A stretch of 64,000 nucleotides of DNA, taken from assembly GCA_038496445.1 (NCBI GenBank), contig JALMLS010000268.1, positions 62,001-126,000 on the forward strand. The letters run 5' to 3'. Source of the stretch: Trichosphaerium sp. ATCC 40318 (Eukaryota; Protista; Tubulinea). Positions 44,001-58,995 of the stretch are shown in pieces. Position 1 is the stretch's first letter. Every line of letters begins with the position of its first letter. The position numbers and the translations under genes were made by a program. The notes beneath the pieces were generated by a model, which saw only the letters and a list, made by a program, of their open reading frames with translations, did not search any database and was not told the origin of the DNA.

Positions 44001-47000
44001 GCTCGAGGTGGTAGACAATCAAAAGCTCAGCAAAGGAAGAAAATAAAAAAAACCCGAAATGATAATATGGCTGTTGGCGAAAAAGAAATCACAAATCGCG
44101 AAATACTCAAATCGTATGACCCCTTAGAATATCATATATAAGTATACTAATTCTATTCAAGGAGATACGATGAGATGGAAGATTATATCAAATTTAATCA
44201 AGGGTTAAGACAGATACCATTGACTTTGTTCGGATTTCAAAATGTCAAAAGGCTTGTTTTAGCTCATAACGAGCTATCAAGTATATCACCAAGGATTGGT
44301 CAACTATTACAGTTGGAAGTGTTGGATCTATCACATAACCAACTTCGTAGTTTACCTCCAGATATCGGAAAGCTCACACAATTGAAGACGCTGAGGTGAG
44401 ATTCGAAGGGTTTTTGTTCTTTCTTTTTTTCTCTTTTTTTTTTGTTGAAACGATGTTTCTAGAGCTAATTTCAATCAACTTGTCACGTTGCCAAAGCAAA
44501 TTGGTGATTGTAAAAACCTTGAAATAGTACTTTTAAGACATAATGCTATTGATCACGTGCGTGTTTGTAGAGTATTTTCAAAGAAAATTAAACAAGATAT
44601 TAGCTACCCAACACTATTACACATCTTAAAGCTTTAAGAATTCTTGATCTTGTTGATAATCCGTTATCTCTTATTGATCAGTTACTACATACAAAGCTTA
44701 TAACGCGTCATGATGGTACATTAACACAATTATTTGCGTGGTTAGAGCGTATGGATGACGCACACAGAGGTACTTTTTTTTTGGTAGATTGATTTCGAAA
44801 CTACAAGATTTTTGACCTTTGGTTTAGGCTATTACAGAATAAAAGTAATGTTAGTTGGACACGCTGGTGTAGGTAAGTATAATTTACAACTAAAATACAG
44901 ATAGATGGTTGTGACATAGTCAAATTTCTCTTTTTTGTTGGAAGTTGTTGTTTACCGATTGTTTTAATTAGGAAAGTCGGCTTTGTGTCATTACATGAGA
45001 GAAAATGAGCCTGTCCCTAACAAGACAAGAAATGTATCTACCGAAGAAATTGATATTACAGAAGTTTCAGTTCGGGGTGATGTAGCAAACGATGATGACA
45101 AAAAAGATTTATATACTTTTGACTTATGGGACTTTGCTGGACAAGAGATATACTACGTACACAAGTCACATTAATTATTTGGCTTCAGTAGAATCTAACA
45201 TGTCTCTAGAGTACTCATAATATGTTCTTATCGCCTTATGCTGTGTACATTGTTTGTTTCAACCTCAGTAATCCAAGCTATTCGAATATAGAGTATTGGC
45301 TTAAAAGGTGAACAAAAAACCACGTGCAAAGTTCACTTTGTTGATATTTTTTGTTTAGTATTTATATACATCGTCGTGATCTTGTTGTACCTCCAATCAT
45401 ACTTGTTGGTACTCATTTGGATAAATGCGATTCAGAAAAGACAGTGGAAGAAGTCGCATCAAGGGTTATACAGGTACGTTTCTTTTGACTTGCTTTTTTT
45501 GTAGAAACTCGCTAACTTTTTTTTCAGATTGCCGAGCAATTTTGTAGGACTGAACCTCCTATTTATGGTATTGATTGCACTTCAAATAGATGTGTTAATA
45601 TCAAGAAGATTAAACAACAAGTAATAAAGCTTGCACTGGTACGTAGCTTTAAGAAAAAAGCAAAAAAGTTCTTTTTTGAATGACCAAAAAAAAATGATAG
45701 GCACGAGAGTTTGTTGGTGAGAACAAACAATTACCAGGATCAACTCATCGTCTTATATCTCAAGTTATGGAATTGCGTAGAAAGAAAAATTCAGAAAACG
45801 CATTAATGTACTCTGACTACAAGACATTCAATGAAATTGTATCGGTAAGTCAAGATAGCTTCCTTAAACATCGTTTCGCTTACTCTTTGATTTTCAAGGG
45901 TTTCTTACCTGCTAAAGATCTTGATACAGCTCTAAAAGACCTACATAATCTAGGTTTTGTGCTATGGTATAGCGATATTGGTCTAAGGAACTTGGTAAGC
46001 ATGAAGCAGCTTGGTTTTTCGTTCATGCTTAAAATTGTTTAGGTTGTTTTGAAACCAAGTTTCTTGCCTTGGTTGTTGAAACACATATGCTCTATTGCCT
46101 GGGAAAAGTTTATAGCCGGTGGTCATGTTACCGAGAAACAATTGAGTGTTCTGTTCCATGATATACCAAAAGAACTTCGAGATACAGTATTACGTCTTCT
46201 GGTACGATCAAACAAATGGTTCATTTTAAAATATTTATTTTTTCTTTGTAGGAAGAGTTTGAAGTCATCTACCGTGTGAAGGACACGAAGTTTCTTGAGA
46301 ATGATAAAAATGTAGCTAATGATGACTCGGAAAATAAGAGGATTGTTTGTCTTGTACCTGGAAACTTCTGGACAGAACCAACAGATGAATTCTTGGCATA
46401 CAAAAAAGAAATTCAAAAGTTAAAGAATGTACAGTATTTATACATGCGACAGTATGCTTTTAAGTTCATGCCATATGGATTTTATGAGAGATTGACTGTT
46501 CGCGTGTTGAATTGTTTGAGTAAGAAAGATAGATACCTTGCATCTTGGAAGTATGGATGTGTCATTAAGGCATGTTGTTTTTTTTTCCTTTTTTTTCTTT
46601 TTTTTTCGTTGTTCCTTTGGTTTCTTATGTTGTTTGTAGACACCTCGTCATGAGACTGTTATTATGGAATATGATCCTCATGAATTCAAACTTCAGATTG
46701 TTTTTGGGTCTATTAATCCAAGACCTTTATTCTTCCATGATATTTTACACGTGCGTTAAACTGTTTTTGTCATTCTGATTTATTTTCTTTTTGCTTATTT
46801 TTTGTAGTGTATTGATTCACTTATTATGGTATTTTATGGAGGTAAAGTAGCCTTTGATGTAAACATATCTATACCTATATCACCAATTCTTCTTGGTTGT
46901 ACTTTGAGTGACAAACCATACGATCTATTCGCAGTAAGTTAAAAAAGTTAATGGTTCTTTTTCTTTGATTTAAATTCTTGTTAGGTTTGCTACCCTTTTT

Positions 47001-48922
47001 ATGATGTTGTTGATGCATTCCTTCATGGTCAAATGGTATGTAACCATAAAATATATCTATTCATTCTCAACCAATGTATAGGATGTTGGCCATGATAACA
47101 TGCGAATACTTATTTCAGAACTTGCACCTGACATTACTTTTAATCACATGAGACTTTTCACAAAGCCAAATCTCATCTCAGTTCTTGGTACCTCATTTTA
47201 TGTGCAATATGTCATTAACCATTTGATTAAGGCGAAGGAGGTAATGGCATTGTATACGTAGGTGAAACAAAAATCGGAAAGCGTAAAGTGGCTGTGAAGG
47301 AACTCAAAGCTGATTTTGAAAAAATGACAGATGAAGAGAAATTACTTTTATTCAAAGAATTCCAGCACGAAGTGTATGCTGTCCCCTCGATTTATCATGT
47401 GTTTTATTAGTAACTAATTATCTTCATTTAGATTCGTCATGAGCAAGCTAAAGAGTAATTACTTAGTAAGACTATTCGGTGTAACAAAAAGTTTCCCACC
47501 TGCAATGATTATGGAACTTTTACCTGAAAAAGGCCTGAATGTTCTCTTACACGATAAAAATAAGTCTATACCGTTTTTTCTACGAGCTAGAATAGGTACG
47601 TAATGATTTTTGAGTAAAAACAAATCACGTGATTATCACGTTTTGAGTATTGTTCTTTTTTTTCAAAAAGTTTCACTTCGCTTACTGTATCTTTTACAGC
47701 ATTGGATGTTGCTAAAGCAATGAATTATTTGGATCATGCTAATGTTGTACATCGTGATTTGAGATCGCCTAACGTATTTATAATGTCAACTAATCCAAGA
47801 GACGAAGTTGTTGCAAAAGTAGGCGGTAAGTGAATGTCACGTTTACAGTTTCTGTGAATATCTATTTAACACCCTCATAGACTTTGGATTGGCGCAATTT
47901 TGTGCGCCTAAACTACGAGATTTACTTAAAACATGGCAATGGCTACGTACGCTGCATCTTCTTTGACAACTGTTGCTATTTTTAGTTTTTTTGGATTCAA
48001 CTTTCTAATGAAACTATTAGCTCCTGAGGTACTTTCTCTGGCTCCAAGGAATTATGATGAGAGTGTTGATATATATTCATTTGGTATTGTTCTATGGGAA
48101 ATATGTACAAGAGACTATCCATTCATCGAATATGATCAATTCCTTAATACAAGAAACGAGTTTAAAGAAATAGAAATCAAAAACGCAGTTGTAAATGTAC
48201 GCAAAGCGTTCTCTACAGATGTTGAAGTTTCACGCTTGTTTACTTATACATTGCTATAGAAGGACTTAAGACCAACTTTTAAAGATGGTGTCATACCGAG
48301 AGAGTATTTGTGGATGAAGGATTTGGCTTGTCAATGCTGGCAAAAAAATCCTTTGAGCAGACCTCGTTTTCAGCAGATTTTGAATACAATGTCATCAAAA
48401 CTTAAAGTCAAGGTATGTCAAACGCACGTGATTATTGTTTTTAAATGCCTTAATTATTAGGTTGTTATAAGACATGTAAGAAGAGTCTCATCATTACCTT
48501 TGGCTGATTTATATGGAGCAACTGAAAAAAAGGTACAAAAAACAAACTAAAAAATAACCACCAAGTTTTGTTGTTCGCTCTCCAAGTCAAGTGCTCCGTA
48601 CTATTTGCAAATATGTCTAACAAATCCTTGTGATCTATGAATACAGTATAATAGTATCAATGCATATTGTGGATTTTAGACTTAGAGAACCATAGTCGAT
48701 ACCTTTTTTTTATTCACTTGTGAACTTTTGTTGCTAACATGTTATTTATAGCCTGATCCTGTTTCTTCTGCTGAATTTTTTGAGAAAACAAATATTGATA
48801 TGGTTTCCAAACTAACAGATAATACTGCTGGTATAAGATCTGTAAACAGTGTAAGAGGATTAATTGCCGGATTATCTGATTTTCAAAAAACTATCGCTGA
48901 GGTTACTGCCACAGATGATTGA
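41044..48922 (+). CDS. Roco-family protein: C2-like, C1 zinc finger, RI-type LRR, LRR, Roc GTPase, COR, TKL kinase
   Basis: HSFINTVFRGLKLCDECDKRL..GYDCQ|VCNHRICKDC (C1); LRRs; KVMLVGHAGVGKSAL, LWDFAGQEIYY and IILVGTHLD (Roc); LKDLHNLGFVLW and FMPYGFYERL (COR); LGEGGNGIVY, VAVK, HRDLRSPN, DFG and TWQWLAPE (kinase). Confidence 0.9.
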
Positions 48923-49199
48923 CATGGTGTAAAGTAAACAAATGCTTTAGTGTCATTGTCATGTATAAATAAATAATCTTCAAGTACTTGCTTATGGATG
49001 TGTAACTACAAGATTCATTGTAGACAACTGGGAATAATGTAATCAATGGATATTTCGTTACCATAATTTTTTGTTTGTATGTTTGTTTAAAAGGTTGATA
49101 CATGATTCTTCTAACCCTAATGATCACAATAGTAAATAATATTCTCTTAAACACTGGTAGGATTATCAGTTGACAAGTCGAAATGTTTTGTTGTACATT

Positions 49200-51205
49200 A
49201 GTTCTACACCAAATGAAATACTTGGCAATTGCATTTATATTTCCTAACGGAATCCATCCTTACTAACCTCTTCTGATAAAGTTCCGTAGTCAACAGAAGA
49301 TAGGACTCCCTAACTTGCTGCCAATGTATAAAATAAAATATATTACAACTCTATATTTGGATGGTTCTGGAAGCATGTTTTTTTTTAATTAACCAAAAAC
49401 ACTTGCTAGTGTACTAAATATACTTTTGTTTTTTTCAGAACCAGAGAGGCATATCCATTCATCATAAGTGAGAATAAGTTCATAAATTTTCTGGAATTCA
49501 TTTCCTTGTATATACAGTACTACTTTGGCCTAGAGGATTCAAGTAAGTTATTGTGTGGAAAAACAATATTTGACATACTCCTGACCATTCAGCCTTCTGT
49601 AGAACAACAGGTGGTTGTATTTTAAAACATCTCCATCCATATGTCACAACAGATCTGTCGAACATTGCTATAGTTTCAGCTAATTTCCTTGTTGCTTGAG
49701 CAATCTAAAGGCTAAGCGTTAGAAAACTTGGCTTAATTTTTTTTTACTTTTAAGTTCTTGCTATGTTTAGGCGCCTTCTCTTTAGTTTCCCTCAAAGACG
49801 CAATCTAAGATATACATTAGCTTGGTGATATTATCTATGTTAGAATAACGTACTATGTTCTTGGTTTTGATAAGCATCTCGTACAAGAACGTCTGTGATA
49901 TGTTTTTGGCATCCAAGCATTCACATTCAAACTTAACACGATGCAACTTATCTTTCCTAACGACAGCGCTATAGAAGCCACATACACCATATAATATGTC
50001 TAGAACATAAAAAGAGTAAGCTCAAGTAGCCTTTTTGGTTATATTAGACATGCCACAACGTACATGGTTTCGAGTAGCTCCTGTGTGCTTCTTTGCAGCT
50101 CTTCGCAAAATCAGTATTCTTAAAGTCTTTTTCACTCATTCCAATAGAGATGCCTTTTGGCAAAAACCTCTCTTGTATTTAAATCAGTAAAGCTATGGCA
50201 TTTAAAAACAAACACACCTGAGCTGCTTAGTTCTAAAGCTGAGCGCCTTCCAAGTTCTGAAGTAAACTCGTCGTGGAAATCAATAAACCACGCATCTTTA
50301 TATACATTGTCAGCCATTCTCCACGACACTCCAAATTTTTGTTTAAAATCGTTTATGTGATCCTCGTCTGGGTTGCGGTCTTTTTCGTCGATTTCAAGCT
50401 TCATTATGGTGCTTTTACACCAGTAGTTAGGTACAAGAATTTGTTCACGTGATACGTAAGGAAGTGCCTAAAAGGCTACAGTAAGCCAAAAATTAAGAAA
50501 AAAACAAGATTGTCAGAGTGCCTAACCTCATGGAGTAGAGACACTTTCATTGTGTATGTGTCTTCACTGTCATCATCAGTGGTAATTTCAAGCAGAAGAG
50601 TTGAAAAATCAGGGCTCATTTTCTTTGCGTCTGCAACGATGTCTTCTCTCTAAGCAATTTTAGAACCAGCTTGGTTGTTTTTTTTTTTTTTTCATGATGA
50701 CACGCACGTTTTTAACCATTATCAGTCTCTTCCATACCATGGGTTCAAGTGACTTAAAAATGAGATCTAATAGCGTTAGGGTAATCGCAATACCAAAGGT
50801 ATGAGATACCAAGCACTGTGGGTGATGTATTGTCTGATGCAATAATATACAAGACGTGTTGGTTGCAATGACGATAGGTTATCTTTCCGACAATCGCCCG
50901 CACTTGTTTAGCGTCCAGACCGACTCTATCGAGACTCTCGGTAACAAAATAACGCCTTGCAAGTTTTTTCCATGTATTCTGTGAATTTGAGTTAACCAAA
51001 AGGTGTAAACGTCCCAGCGGAGTATGATTATACCGTGTAGTGCATAAAGCGTTTAAAAATAACCAAAATGTACACGCACAATATCGTCGTATAGTGGTAT
51101 AAGCGTCTTACAGCAAGTAGTAAGCGATATGACATGACTAGGCGCTAGCCAAGTCAATAACTGATCAATTATCTCCATTGGCAAACTTAATAGCTCTGAA
51201 GTCAT
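49200..51205 (-). CDS. F-box protein, multi-exon (3' end uncertain; could end at 50132)
   Basis: MTSELLSLPMEIIDQLLTWL..LTTCCK..WKKLARRYF (F-box); further exon-like frames extend down to about 49200. Confidence 0.55.
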
Positions 51206-51822
51206 TGTATCCCTTGAAGAACCGCTATTCATCCTTTTGGCGCTCGGCAATGCAGTTGTTAAAATAATGACTGAGGTTGACTTTAGGCACGTGTTGCGCA
51301 GCCGAAAAAGTGATCTTGGCGTATTCCGTTTTTCCAACAGAAGGTGATACATACTATCATTACATTACTGGGATTAGAGCAGTTGCTTGCAAACCTTTGT
51401 CTCTTATTTTCCGCTCAAGGTAAACGACTAAATGGTGCTCAAATGTACAAGTTTTTTTTTTTCTTTCTTTACTCGTAGATGCACGTCAGCGTAATACTGT
51501 GTACCTTTGTTTTCAGAATTTACCAAAATTGAACCAAACTGGTTACGTAATAATACATGTACAAAGCCTGAAAATAGTTCAAAGAACGAGGCAAATAATC
51601 GATTCCAATGAGATTGAATTTACTTCACCAAAAAGTCCACAACGCAATACAACCCGGAGTCAAATAAACTTTTTTCCCCTTTCCCTCCCTATATTACCAA
51701 CTGGTTTTTTTCTCATATCAGTTATAATACTGTACAACTGCGGTCACAATTCTATTTTATTTTTTTTTGATCGATTTTTTACGGTTTATGTTTTATCTCT
51801 AACGCATTGTAGGCTGCCCGGA

Positions 51823-54800
51823 ATGGCTTTTCGAACCACTGATTTTATTATTCTTTTTGGTTTGCTATACACGTCCCAATTTGTAAATGGATACGTAAAT
51901 ATTACTTCATGTGCGTAAAAGAACAATTGAAATACATCCTCCGGACTTTGAGTTTGTTTTCTTTCAAAAAAAACGTGTTGGTTTTTTTTTTTTTTTGTTT
52001 TCTCGTTTTATCTCCAATAAGTTTTAGTATTTGTTGGCGCATGGAATGATGATAGTGAGTCACAAATAAAAGGAATAGAAATATTCGTGTACGTTGATAT
52101 GCCAAACAACAATGATAATAGTATCTGACGCTGCCGGCATTGAATGCTGATTGATTTTGAACTCCTTTTAATTGTAAAGGATCGTTGTACTTATTGGTCC
52201 TACAGAAACAGTATGGACTATTTATCAGATATACTGGTGGGAAATGATGATGCTTTAACTATTAACGGTGAAAAGTTAAGATTGCGGATAGAGTAAGTCG
52301 ACTGAAATCAATCATCAACGTGTCTAATATTTGTTTTTAGACTAAAAAATGGCAGAGTTAACAAAACATTTACTGAAGAGCTATACAGAAACGCATTTAA
52401 TGATCCATCAATATCATTTTTTTTATCTCCTATTGTATCTTCTCATACACAAGGCGTGATAGATATGGCTAACGATAACAAGCGGCTTATATGTACAAGG
52501 AACGAAATATCAATTCTATTTTTAATTGTGTTTTGTATAGTATCATCAAGGAGTAGTTTCAATGACCAGGCAGCTGGTACCTCCTGCTGTCTATCAGTTG
52601 GTCTATCAGCCTCGACTACGTTCTTTGTAACCTTACCCTCTCTCCGAGTCGCAGGCGCACAGACAATCACGTTAATCATTACAGAAGGTCAGGATACGCT
52701 CAGCGACAGGTCCATACTGCTTGTTTCTTTATTAGGTATTCATTGATGTTTAGGTGCCACAGCCAGGCTTTTAGAAATGAGCTTAGATTGCAAGGCTTCT
52801 CTATCAAAAGCGAATACATTATATCACGTGCGTTTTAGTATTTAAGCTATCAATCTGATTCTGTTCTCTCAGCTAGCCCAAACAATTTTCTGTTTGCAAA
52901 GATGCCTTTCACTGAGTACACTGATGAAATGCGCTCTAATATGTCCAGAACTGCCCTCCAAGCAATGGCAGACGATGCAGATGCATGGTACTTGAATAAT
53001 TAGAAGACTTACTAATGCAAAGTGAAAGGTTGTTTTGTGGTACACTGCCTGACGCTGTCGGAGCTGTGTTGAGCACAGTACGAGATAATGATTATACACC
53101 ACGCTATGTGAGCTTTACACAGTCAGCAAGCCACGATGTAACAATATTTGATAATGATCTTTGGCAGTACGTCACAGTAAGCGCAGAGGTATCTAATTCT
53201 TCTTTTTTTTTTGTTGATGTTAAGTTGGCGTTGTAGGCATCAGAAGATGTCACGTTTCCTCCAACAAAAGATTTTGGAAATATCACGAATATTAAAGAAG
53301 GATTTTATGACAAGTATGGAGAAGAATTTCCTGATTCAGCAGTTGTATTAGCAGCATGGTTCTCAGTTATGAATAGCGCTATTGGAAGTGCTATTGCAGA
53401 GTTTGGTGATGATATTTTTGTACGTCCAAGAAGCACACTGCAAGAGATACTAATACATCAGTCAAGGTTAATGCAAACGGTGGGCTAGAACTATCAACAG
53501 ACAATAATACGGCAAACGTTTGTGGGGAAAAAACTGTTCGTGGAACTACATAAAGACGACTTTGTTTACCTGATTCTTTTTAGCTTGATGAAATACTCTA
53601 TCAGTATATATTTAGGCTAAAGCTTGACACGATTGTTGGGCAATACTCTTGGGATGTAAATTCAGCTCAGCAAAGGTACGGATTGTGATATACATTCGAC
53701 CGAAGTTAACTTTGTACCAGAGATTGGCTTCATCTTCAGATGCAAAAAAAGGGCGAATACATTCTTATAGGTAGTATATTATTTAGTAAGAAGACTTATC
53801 TATCTAGGCCCACCAACTACGAAACATGCTGATTTGATCTATCCAATGCCAAAATGGCATGAGCGTATATTTGATCCTCAATACGGTAATCCTATTTTTT
53901 TCTTGTCTAGCTTTTTTTTTAACACTGCTCAAGGTCATTGGACAGAATTACTTGTTACGGTGATTACTGTTTTATTCTTTTGTATAAACATTGTATGGGC
54001 TGTATTTCTTCCTCTTAATTTGCGAGACAGCAAAGTAAAAGCTTCTTCACCTTTATTTATGGGCTTAATGATCGTTGGAAGCTCGTTGTTGTATTTGTCG
54101 GTGTTCACAATACTACCAAATGTAGTTTCGAAGGTCACTTGTTCATTGTCAATATGGGTGATAGACTTGGGTTTCATTCTACTGTTTGGGTATGCCTACA
54201 AGAACTTCTCAATCTGTTGTAATTTAATTGTAGACCACTTCTTGGTAAGACACTTCGCCTGGACAGATTGTATAGTATGAAAACAACGCAAATTATAAGA
54301 ATAAGAGACAGGATGGTCTTGTTGTGGGTCGGAAGTCTGGTTGCCGGTCACCTTATTCTCCTCACTATAATGGTAAGTAATCCTTCAAAGCGTAGTTTGT
54401 TTACTCTTTTGTAGACTGCTGTTGGGACTTTTGAAAGAAAAGTAGTTGTAGTAGACCCAATAAGAGTCTATAAAAATTATCATTCTTGTGAATATGATGT
54501 TCCATTCAAGGTTATTATGTACATCATCGCTGCATCCAACGTAAGTATTAATTTTTGTTTACAACTGACAATATCCAAAGGCATTCTTACTGATTGTATG
54601 CAGTATATTCGCTTTCAGAATACGCCTTATACCAATTAAAAGATACAACGAATCAAAGATTATATTCTTTACTGTTTACAATGTCTTTTTCTTCGCTGTG
54701 TTAAGCGTTATTTTGGCTGCAACAGACATTAATAGATTCACAAGATTTGTTCTTGTTTCCGTATTTATTCTTTTTGGATCTGGTACGTGACCACGTGTTT

Positions 54801-54987
54801 GTTCTCTTCTTGAACTATTACTTGCTTACTCCTACACTTAGCGATCACTGTGAACTCGTTCTTTCTTCATAAGACACAGGCTTGTATTTGTATGGATACC
54901 TCTAGTATACGGACACAATCAAGCGAAAAAGGAAACAGTAGTATGAATGCACCTTCCACTTCTTTTGTACAAACCCCAAAAAAGTAA
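51823..54987 (+). CDS. Class C (GABA-B-like/Grl-type) GPCR with periplasmic-binding-type ectodomain
   Basis: Signal peptide MAFRTTDFIILFGLLY; LIYPMPKWHER; 7TM motifs KASSPLFMGLMIVG, TCSLSIWVIDLGFILLFG|PLLGKTLRL and YNESKII. Confidence 0.85.
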
Positions 54988-55458
54988 AGAAAAAGAAAGG
55001 CTTTTCCCGTGTGCAACATTAAAAACAGGTTGTGAGATAAAACATCATGTAGTTTAGTAAGTTTTAAAGTTCTACTCAGTTAGCACTTTCTCTTAACATC
55101 TTATCAACTCACTGTCTCTTGGCAGAGAAGTGCGCTTTAGACTTACATTATTTTGTACGCTTAATGTAGGATTGTATATTTGTACTATCAACTGTTTTAG
55201 CTCAACTAAAACGCAGTTTTTGGTGTTAATGAAAAATAATACGTGAACTCTTATTAGCTAAACCTGTTTTCGCAAAAAGCATTGAGAAGGAGTAGCTGCC
55301 GTATTTTTTGAGTATTTCCAACTGAATCCGATTTTAAGAATAAACGTATTAGCTCAAAAAAAGAATAAAATTAATAAACAAAACAGCTAAAAGACATCTT
55401 TCACTGAATACCGTTTGCTCTTAATGCATTCTTGCAGACCAGCTTGGAGCCTTTAGAG

Positions 55459-57869
55459 ATGGCGGAATTGTTTCTAGGCAGAAATAGAAAGCCTCAGAAA
55501 GATAAAAGCCCCTCTAAGCCTTCTGATAATGTACTACCGCCTACTTTATATTTTGTTCGAGCTAAACACTACAAATAGGTTGTCTTACCATGGGAGAACC
55601 CTAAGACGTGGAAAGCGATAACTAAAAAACTAAAGGACGTCAAAACTAAAATCAGAAAGACTCCGTCGCACTTGGGACAATGCAACGCTCTTATTGTACG
55701 CTATTTTGGTTTTGAATTCCAATAGCTTACAAATACACGTAGGAGGTTGTTTCCAAATTCACAGACTACTCAAGAGCTTTACCATTCATTGGGTTACGTT
55801 GTTTGCCTTCACAGTTTTTTAAAGTGCGTGAACGCTCCCGAATAAATCAATAACCAGCTTGTTAGGTCGATGGCGCGTTTGATGTCATGATAGGCACGAT
55901 ACTGGAAGCTAACACAGCAACGTTTAGTAATCCTGTAAAAACACTTCCAAACCAAAAAAATAGGACAAGAGTTCTGTACGTCGTAAAGAGGATTATAGCT
56001 GGCACTGAAAACCCAGTCAGATTGGTTTGTTGTTCAGTGTTTTGGAATTTTTAGTTTTCCGACTTTTTCTTTTCCCGTTCCGTGTTGATACCTTTGATTC
56101 TATTATGGTAGTAATAAAGATAATGTTACGGAACGGGAGACAAAGAAAAAACTGTAATTTGATCGCCTTGAACTTTGTAATACCACGTTTTTGCTGACCT
56201 TTTTTTTTTTTTCAGAACCAAAAAACAAGTGTTTTGCTTGATGTCTATGGCTTTTTTCGGCATATTACCTTCACAACATAATTTCCAATGCAACCGCATG
56301 AACAAAATACCTCTATTGCTTACGTACGTACAGTTTACTTTCGACCCAAAAAGGAAATCGGAATTGATGTTTTTGATGGATTTAATTTTTTTCATTTCAG
56401 AAAGAGGAGTCCAGCGAAGTGTATGGCAAACTACTTTATCCGATATGTATCAGATTGTAAAAAATATAATACATTTTGTAATATAAATGTATCTATAGAG
56501 CGCAAGGTATATGTTGAGCGTCCTCAATGGCAAGACAGCAAGAAGACACTTGGAGACGTTACAAGTACTGAGAAAAAAGGAAAATTTTTTCGTACTAATT
56601 TTTATTCGCTTTCAAGTCGTCCAAGATCGATCACGTGGTATAGAAACTTTTCGGTATGGATCTCTAACTTACCTATGTACACTAAAATTCACATAGGGAC
56701 GCACATCAAGTGAACTTCGCTGATCAGTACCCAGGAGGCACTGTGCCATCATCAAGTCCAGTATGTACAATTAGTTTTATTTCTGTTTTTTGACGTGCTC
56801 TTAGGATATTGTACAGGAAGAACTTATGTTTTTAATGTATCCTGAGTTATTCGTAGTACAACTACTAGTATCGAAAATAGAAGAAAAGTTAGTACAATTA
56901 CTTTAAGACCTCACAATTAATTAGTTTTTGATTGACTTTTTTCGTAGCGAAAGCATCATTGTACGTGGTTTGACACGTGTAAATAATTACACTGGCTATC
57001 AGTCAACATTTCAGTTCGGTGGTAACTTTGTTGATGATGGTGATATATCACATCCTAAAACCAATACAGTACTCTTTATGGATGGTATGTGTTTTGACCA
57101 CAAAACTGTTTTCTTCAATTTGGCTTTTTCCTTTGTTTTATATGTTTGCTTTTCGTTGTCTGTTTCTCTTACTTTTTCTTTTCTTAGCGCTTGTTAGAGG
57201 TGTCAAGACTGAGGTATGCTAAAATCCTTCGTTGGTATAGTTATTGGTTAATCTGGGTTTTTTAGACCAATTTACTTCGCGAATTAAATAAAGCTTGGAA
57301 TACTTTTTCGACTGATACGCAGGGGAAGAGTATTGCTACAGGAAACTGGTAAGAGAGATTTATAAAATAATGACGCTTATTTAATGTGGATAGGGGTTGT
57401 GGTGCTTTTGGCGGAAAGTTGCGTTTGAAGGCTTTAATACAAATGATGGCAGCTGCTCAAGGCAAGTACTTAAAAACAATTATAAAAAACAACTTTTTTT
57501 GGTCTTTGTCTTCTTCCTGGATTCTCTATCACCTGAACTATTCTATTGCATTAAATATTATACTATACTATGATACATGGTGTCATTTAGAATGGTTTGA
57601 GTTGAAGATAGACCTGAGAACCTACAGATTTTGTTGATTTGTTGATTTTTTTTGACTGACTTTTTTTGTTTTCAGCTGATAGGACTTTAATTTATACAAC
57701 GTTTAATAAGTACAAGCTTACGGAATTACCAAAGTTCTATGAATATTTGAAAGAAAACAAAGTTACTGTTGGAACACTTTACAGGTTTTTAAGAAAACGT
57801 GTACCTTTTGGACCTGATGATCCTTTTGATTGTTTTAAAGAGTTTGTTGAAAAGAAACGAAAAAAATAA
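55459..57869 (+). CDS. PARG: Poly(ADP-ribose) glycohydrolase
   Basis: VNFADQYPGGTV..IVQEELMFLMYPEL (catalytic QEE), NNYTGY, IATGNW|GCGAFGG, KALIQMMAAA. Confidence 0.88.
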
Positions 57870-57989
57870 AAATATTAGTAAGACGAAACTTGAATCATAA
57901 GCTGTCTTATTTTTAACTGCTGTGATTACCATTGTTTGCACTTCACTGTTCACTGTTAGATGCAATTACGCTCTGATAGGCCAGGTCAG

Positions 57990-58610
57990 TACAGTGTGCA
58001 AAAATAAGAAAAAAATTTAGATGAGCATTACTATTGCGTAAATGATGAAATAGAAGGAGAGTATAAGCGTTTTAATAGTAATGGTACAGTATAGAGTGCT
58101 TTCTTTTATGTCAATGGCAAGCGAGAGGAGAAAGCTCAGGCATGGTATGGCAATGGACAGCTAGAAGAACAATGCTTTTATGTCTATGGCAAACTACATG
58201 GACAATCCAGCATAATTATGTTGGTGGTGAGCTCTAAGGGAAGTGCACAAGCTGGGATGAAGGAGGAAGATAGGAGAACAAAGCTATTATGTCCATGGTG
58301 AACGTAAAGGAGAATACAACAAGCTGTCAATGATATGCTTGAGAACGAAGGATGGAGTGAACAGGATACATGTCAGTATGTTCACGATAAAAGTGAAGGA
58401 GTCCATAAAACGTGGTTTGCAAATGGCTAATTGCATGAGCTACTACACTATTTTAATGAAAAACTACATGGTGTATTTAAACAGTGGAATGAAGTGGGTC
58501 AATTAATCGAGCAACGTTTTTATGTTAAAGGTAGACTAAAAGGATATAAGAAATGGGATAATCAAGGCAACGTAGAACAAGCCTTCGGCATATACCTGCC
58601 ACGGAAATAA
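57990..58610 (+). pseudogene. Decayed MORN-variant (MORN_2/YwqK-like) repeat gene, intronless
   Basis: Repeats IEGEYKRFNSNG, WYGNGQLEEQCFYVYGKLHG and KLHGVFKQWNEVGQL are interrupted by in-frame stops (e.g. NGTV*, ANG*LHE) and frameshifts. Confidence 0.75.
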
Positions 58611-58995
58611 CCGAACAAATCTTAATTTAAGCTCACTGATAAAGCCTGACTGTATTTAACTCATTGTTTCTGTTTTTTATTCTGTTGATCCATTCATCGT
58701 TTCCAAGCAGTCACAATGTTGTGTTCGGAAAGTGAATGAATGTTTAAACCGACATGAATGTATGTATATAGAGCACTACTGCCTTGTCCAAGCAGGTAAA
58801 ATTATTGGAATTCGCAAAAAGAACATGTGATTGATGTGCTCTTTTATTCCTACCTTCTTCTCAACGGTCTTCTTTTCTTTAACCAAGCCATTAAGTGTAT
58901 AGTTTAACGGGTTTACACAAAGTGCACGGAAAATCCTGTTGTGTGAATCCCGCTTTGCTAAGTTGGAAGTTTTGTACAACTTTTTCATCAGCAAT

